From contig CAWDWO010000014.1 of assembly GCA_963806035.1 (NCBI GenBank), positions 1-64,000 on the forward strand: a DNA stretch of 64,000 nt, given 5' to 3'. Origin of the DNA: Candidatus Krumholzibacteriota bacterium. Its GTDB lineage: Bacteria > Krumholzibacteriota > Krumholzibacteriia > JAJRXK01. Positions 62,016 to 64,000 of the stretch are shown here, piece by piece. Below the pieces are notes generated by a model that had not been told where the DNA came from, did no database searches, and saw only the letters and a program-made list of their open reading frames with translations. The position numbers and the translations under genes are program-made. Every line of letters starts with the position of its first letter. Position 1 is the first letter of the stretch.

Positions 62016-63422
62016 TCACGTCTCGTCGAAATTCGACAGCGGCTCATGCGCGAGCTCGGCCATGCGCGCAAGACCGCGCTCGGAGCTTTTGGCCAGTCGC
62101 GCGCGCGCAGCCCGTACTGCCGGATCATCGCGTTGCGAGGGATCCACACGGGCCGGGTTCAGAGCACAGCGGTTGGCCCAGGCTGCGATGTCCGGCTCGG
62201 CCCCGAAGCGACTGGCCGCGACGGTTCCCCGCACCTGCATCCGTGCCCAGCTGCTCGGGTCGTCAGGGAGGGTATTGGGCGGGCACAGCCGATTGCGCTC
62301 TGCGTCGTCGTCGCGCGTCGCCTCCACGTAACCGGCGAGGGCGGCGCAGAAGCACGGGAAGCCGACCCGGATGGTCTGGAGACGGATCTTGTCCGCTTGC
62401 CACACGGGAACCAGCGGCGGGTATTGCAGTCCGGACGCAGCACAGTGTACGACGAGTGAATCCTCGGGCAAGGGAACGGAACCTCCTTCGAGCACGATTT
62501 CGCTGCTCGTCAAACGTTTGATGTGTCCCAGGCGCACGACTCTCTCGACTCGACGCAGAAGTTCGAGTTCCCACTCGCCCAAGGTCGGCGTCTTTGCCAT
62601 GGTGGGCACGACCTTCGTGTCGATGCGAAGCATCACCCCGGCGGCCTCGAGGCGTAAAAACAGATCGTCGAGTGACTCCGCGGCGGCGGCCGACTCCATG
62701 GTGTCCGCTGCGAGAGCGAGACCCACCAGCGGATCAGGTTGGACGACAGCGCGATTGAGCATCCAGGGTTCGCGTGGACGCACCCATCCGATTCGATCCG
62801 GCGAGACCCCATTTTGAAGCAGCCACACGATGGCATCCGTTGCGGTCTTGCCCGAGCCGACGATCAGGTAGTTCTTCGGCGCCGCGGCCAGCCGGACGAG
62901 TTCATTGACGGGGACCACACGAACGCCGTCGCCAACGCCGAAGGGCGGCGGAGTGGTCGCGGGAATGGTTGGAGACAGGTAGCTGGCATCGACGACTCGG
63001 CGCCGCACTTTGATGCGGACGGTCTCTCCGGTGACTCGAGAGCTCACGAGATGGGTCGGGCCCTCCGCTCGGTACTCGCTTGCGCCTAGGAAACTGACTC
63101 GACCCGTACCTATAAAGCGCCTGCGAAGAATCTCGTCGTAGTAGCTCTGGATCTCCGGCTGCCGCGCGCGCTCCTGAAGCCCAGCCTCGGGTCCGCTCTT
63201 TTGCACGGCGCCACTTCCCAGCACGGTCGAGGCGACGCCGTAGAACAAGGAAGCCTGATGCAACTGGACGAAAGGGTAGGCATCCTCCCAGTGCCCTCCC
63301 GCTACGTGGCGTCGATCGACGAGCGTGACGTGCACGTCCGCATGGTCGATCAGGGAGTCGGTGAAGGCCATGCCCATCGCACCGGCGCCCACGACGAGGT
63401 AGTCAGTTTCCAGTACCCGCAC
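62016..63422 (-). CDS. NAD(P)/FAD-dependent oxidoreductase
   Basis: DYLVVGAGAMG, GGHWEDAYPFVQLHQ, VGSGKTATD. Confidence 0.9.
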   Translation of the reverse strand: MRVLETDYLVVGAGAMGMAFTDSLIDHADVHVTLVDRRHVAGGHWEDAYPFVQLHQASLFYGVASTVLGSGAVQKSGPEAGLQERARQPEIQSYYDEILRRRFIGTGRVSFLGASEYRAEGPTHLVSSRVTGETVRIKVRRRVVDASYLSPTIPATTPPPFGVGDGVRVVPVNELVRLAAAPKNYLIVGSGKTATDAIVWLLQNGVSPDRIGWVRPREPWMLNRAVVQPDPLVGLALAADTMESAAAAESLDDLFLRLEAAGVMLRIDTKVVPTMAKTPTLGEWELELLRRVERVVRLGHIKRLTSSEIVLEGGSVPLPEDSLVVHCAASGLQYPPLVPVWQADKIRLQTIRVGFPCFCAALAGYVEATRDDDAERNRLCPPNTLPDDPSSWARMQVRGTVAASRFGAEPDIAAWANRCALNPARVDPSQRDDPAVRAARARLAKSSERGLARMAELAHEPLSNFDET

Positions 63423-63668
63423 GATAATGGAATCGGTCTCCTACTCGATTGGCGAAACTTGCTTCGCGAGGCGCGCGGGGCTGGGGGGATTGCAGCACGC
63501 AGCCGTCCTAAGGGAAGTCTATCTGGGATTTGCGCGCTCGCGCAAGGCTTCTTGCGGGCCTACGGGAGACCTTCTAACATAAGTTATGCAGTTCCAGATT
63601 GATCGGGGGTTCGGACACTACGCGAGCACCCCCGAGCAGAATACCCAGTTGCCTAAAGAGGAATAACC

Positions 63669-64000
63669 ATGAGTAGGTGGGGAGTCTGTGTTTGTCTCCT
63701 GGCGGTACTCAACCTCGGCATCGGTTGCAAGAACAACAACGTCACCCAGCCGAACCCAACCGACGTCGTCGTATCCATCGGACCCTCGACCTTCACCCAA
63801 GGTGTCGGTCTCGTCGTCACCTTTGACGCCACCGTCACCGGAGCGTCGGACAACTCTCTCATCTGGTACGTCAACGGCGAGGCGGGAGGAGATAGTCTGA
63901 CCGTCGGAAGTATCGCCGCAACGGGTCGCTATCGCGCGCCGGATGAGGTGCCCGTTCCCGCGACCGTCATCGTGAAAGCCACCAGTGTCGAGGACCCCAG
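63669..64000 (+). CDS. Lipoprotein with Ig-like domain, partial (runs off the window)
   Basis: GAGGA RBS; MSRWGVCVCLLAVLNLGIGC; WYVNGEAGG...GRYRAP...VKATS. Confidence 0.8.
   Translation, partial: MSRWGVCVCLLAVLNLGIGCKNNNVTQPNPTDVVVSIGPSTFTQGVGLVVTFDATVTGASDNSLIWYVNGEAGGDSLTVGSIAATGRYRAPDEVPVPATVIVKATSVEDP

Overview
High-GC bacterial chromosomal window. Nine ORFs end in a PNP(F)NP-type FlgD-Ig/T9SS-like C-terminal domain and one ends in a WGxxKxxF tail, which suggests an FCB-group lineage such as Krumholzibacteria or Eisenbacteria (inference). Contents in order: three Hanks-type Ser/Thr kinases; two back-to-back decayed toxin-antitoxin loci, one of which donated its promoter and N-terminus to a secreted BNR protein; a metal/redox neighbourhood (Fur box, beta-barrel plus cytochrome c, circularly permuted cupredoxin, MntP, YceI/DUF5777); a long run of large secreted repeat proteins; an FRG islet; tamAB; DCC1-LMF; TetR-mddA; and several housekeeping-type genes. 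The most striking element is a LamG-(7xFG-GAP-FnIII)x2-CTD gene whose 14 blades are nearly identical in DNA except at two hypervariable, almost purely non-synonymous sites. Six single-base frameshifts at short homopolymers probably reflect sequencing error. No rRNA, complete tRNA, CRISPR array or reverse transcriptase was recognised. All family assignments come from motif recognition by eye; no searches were run.
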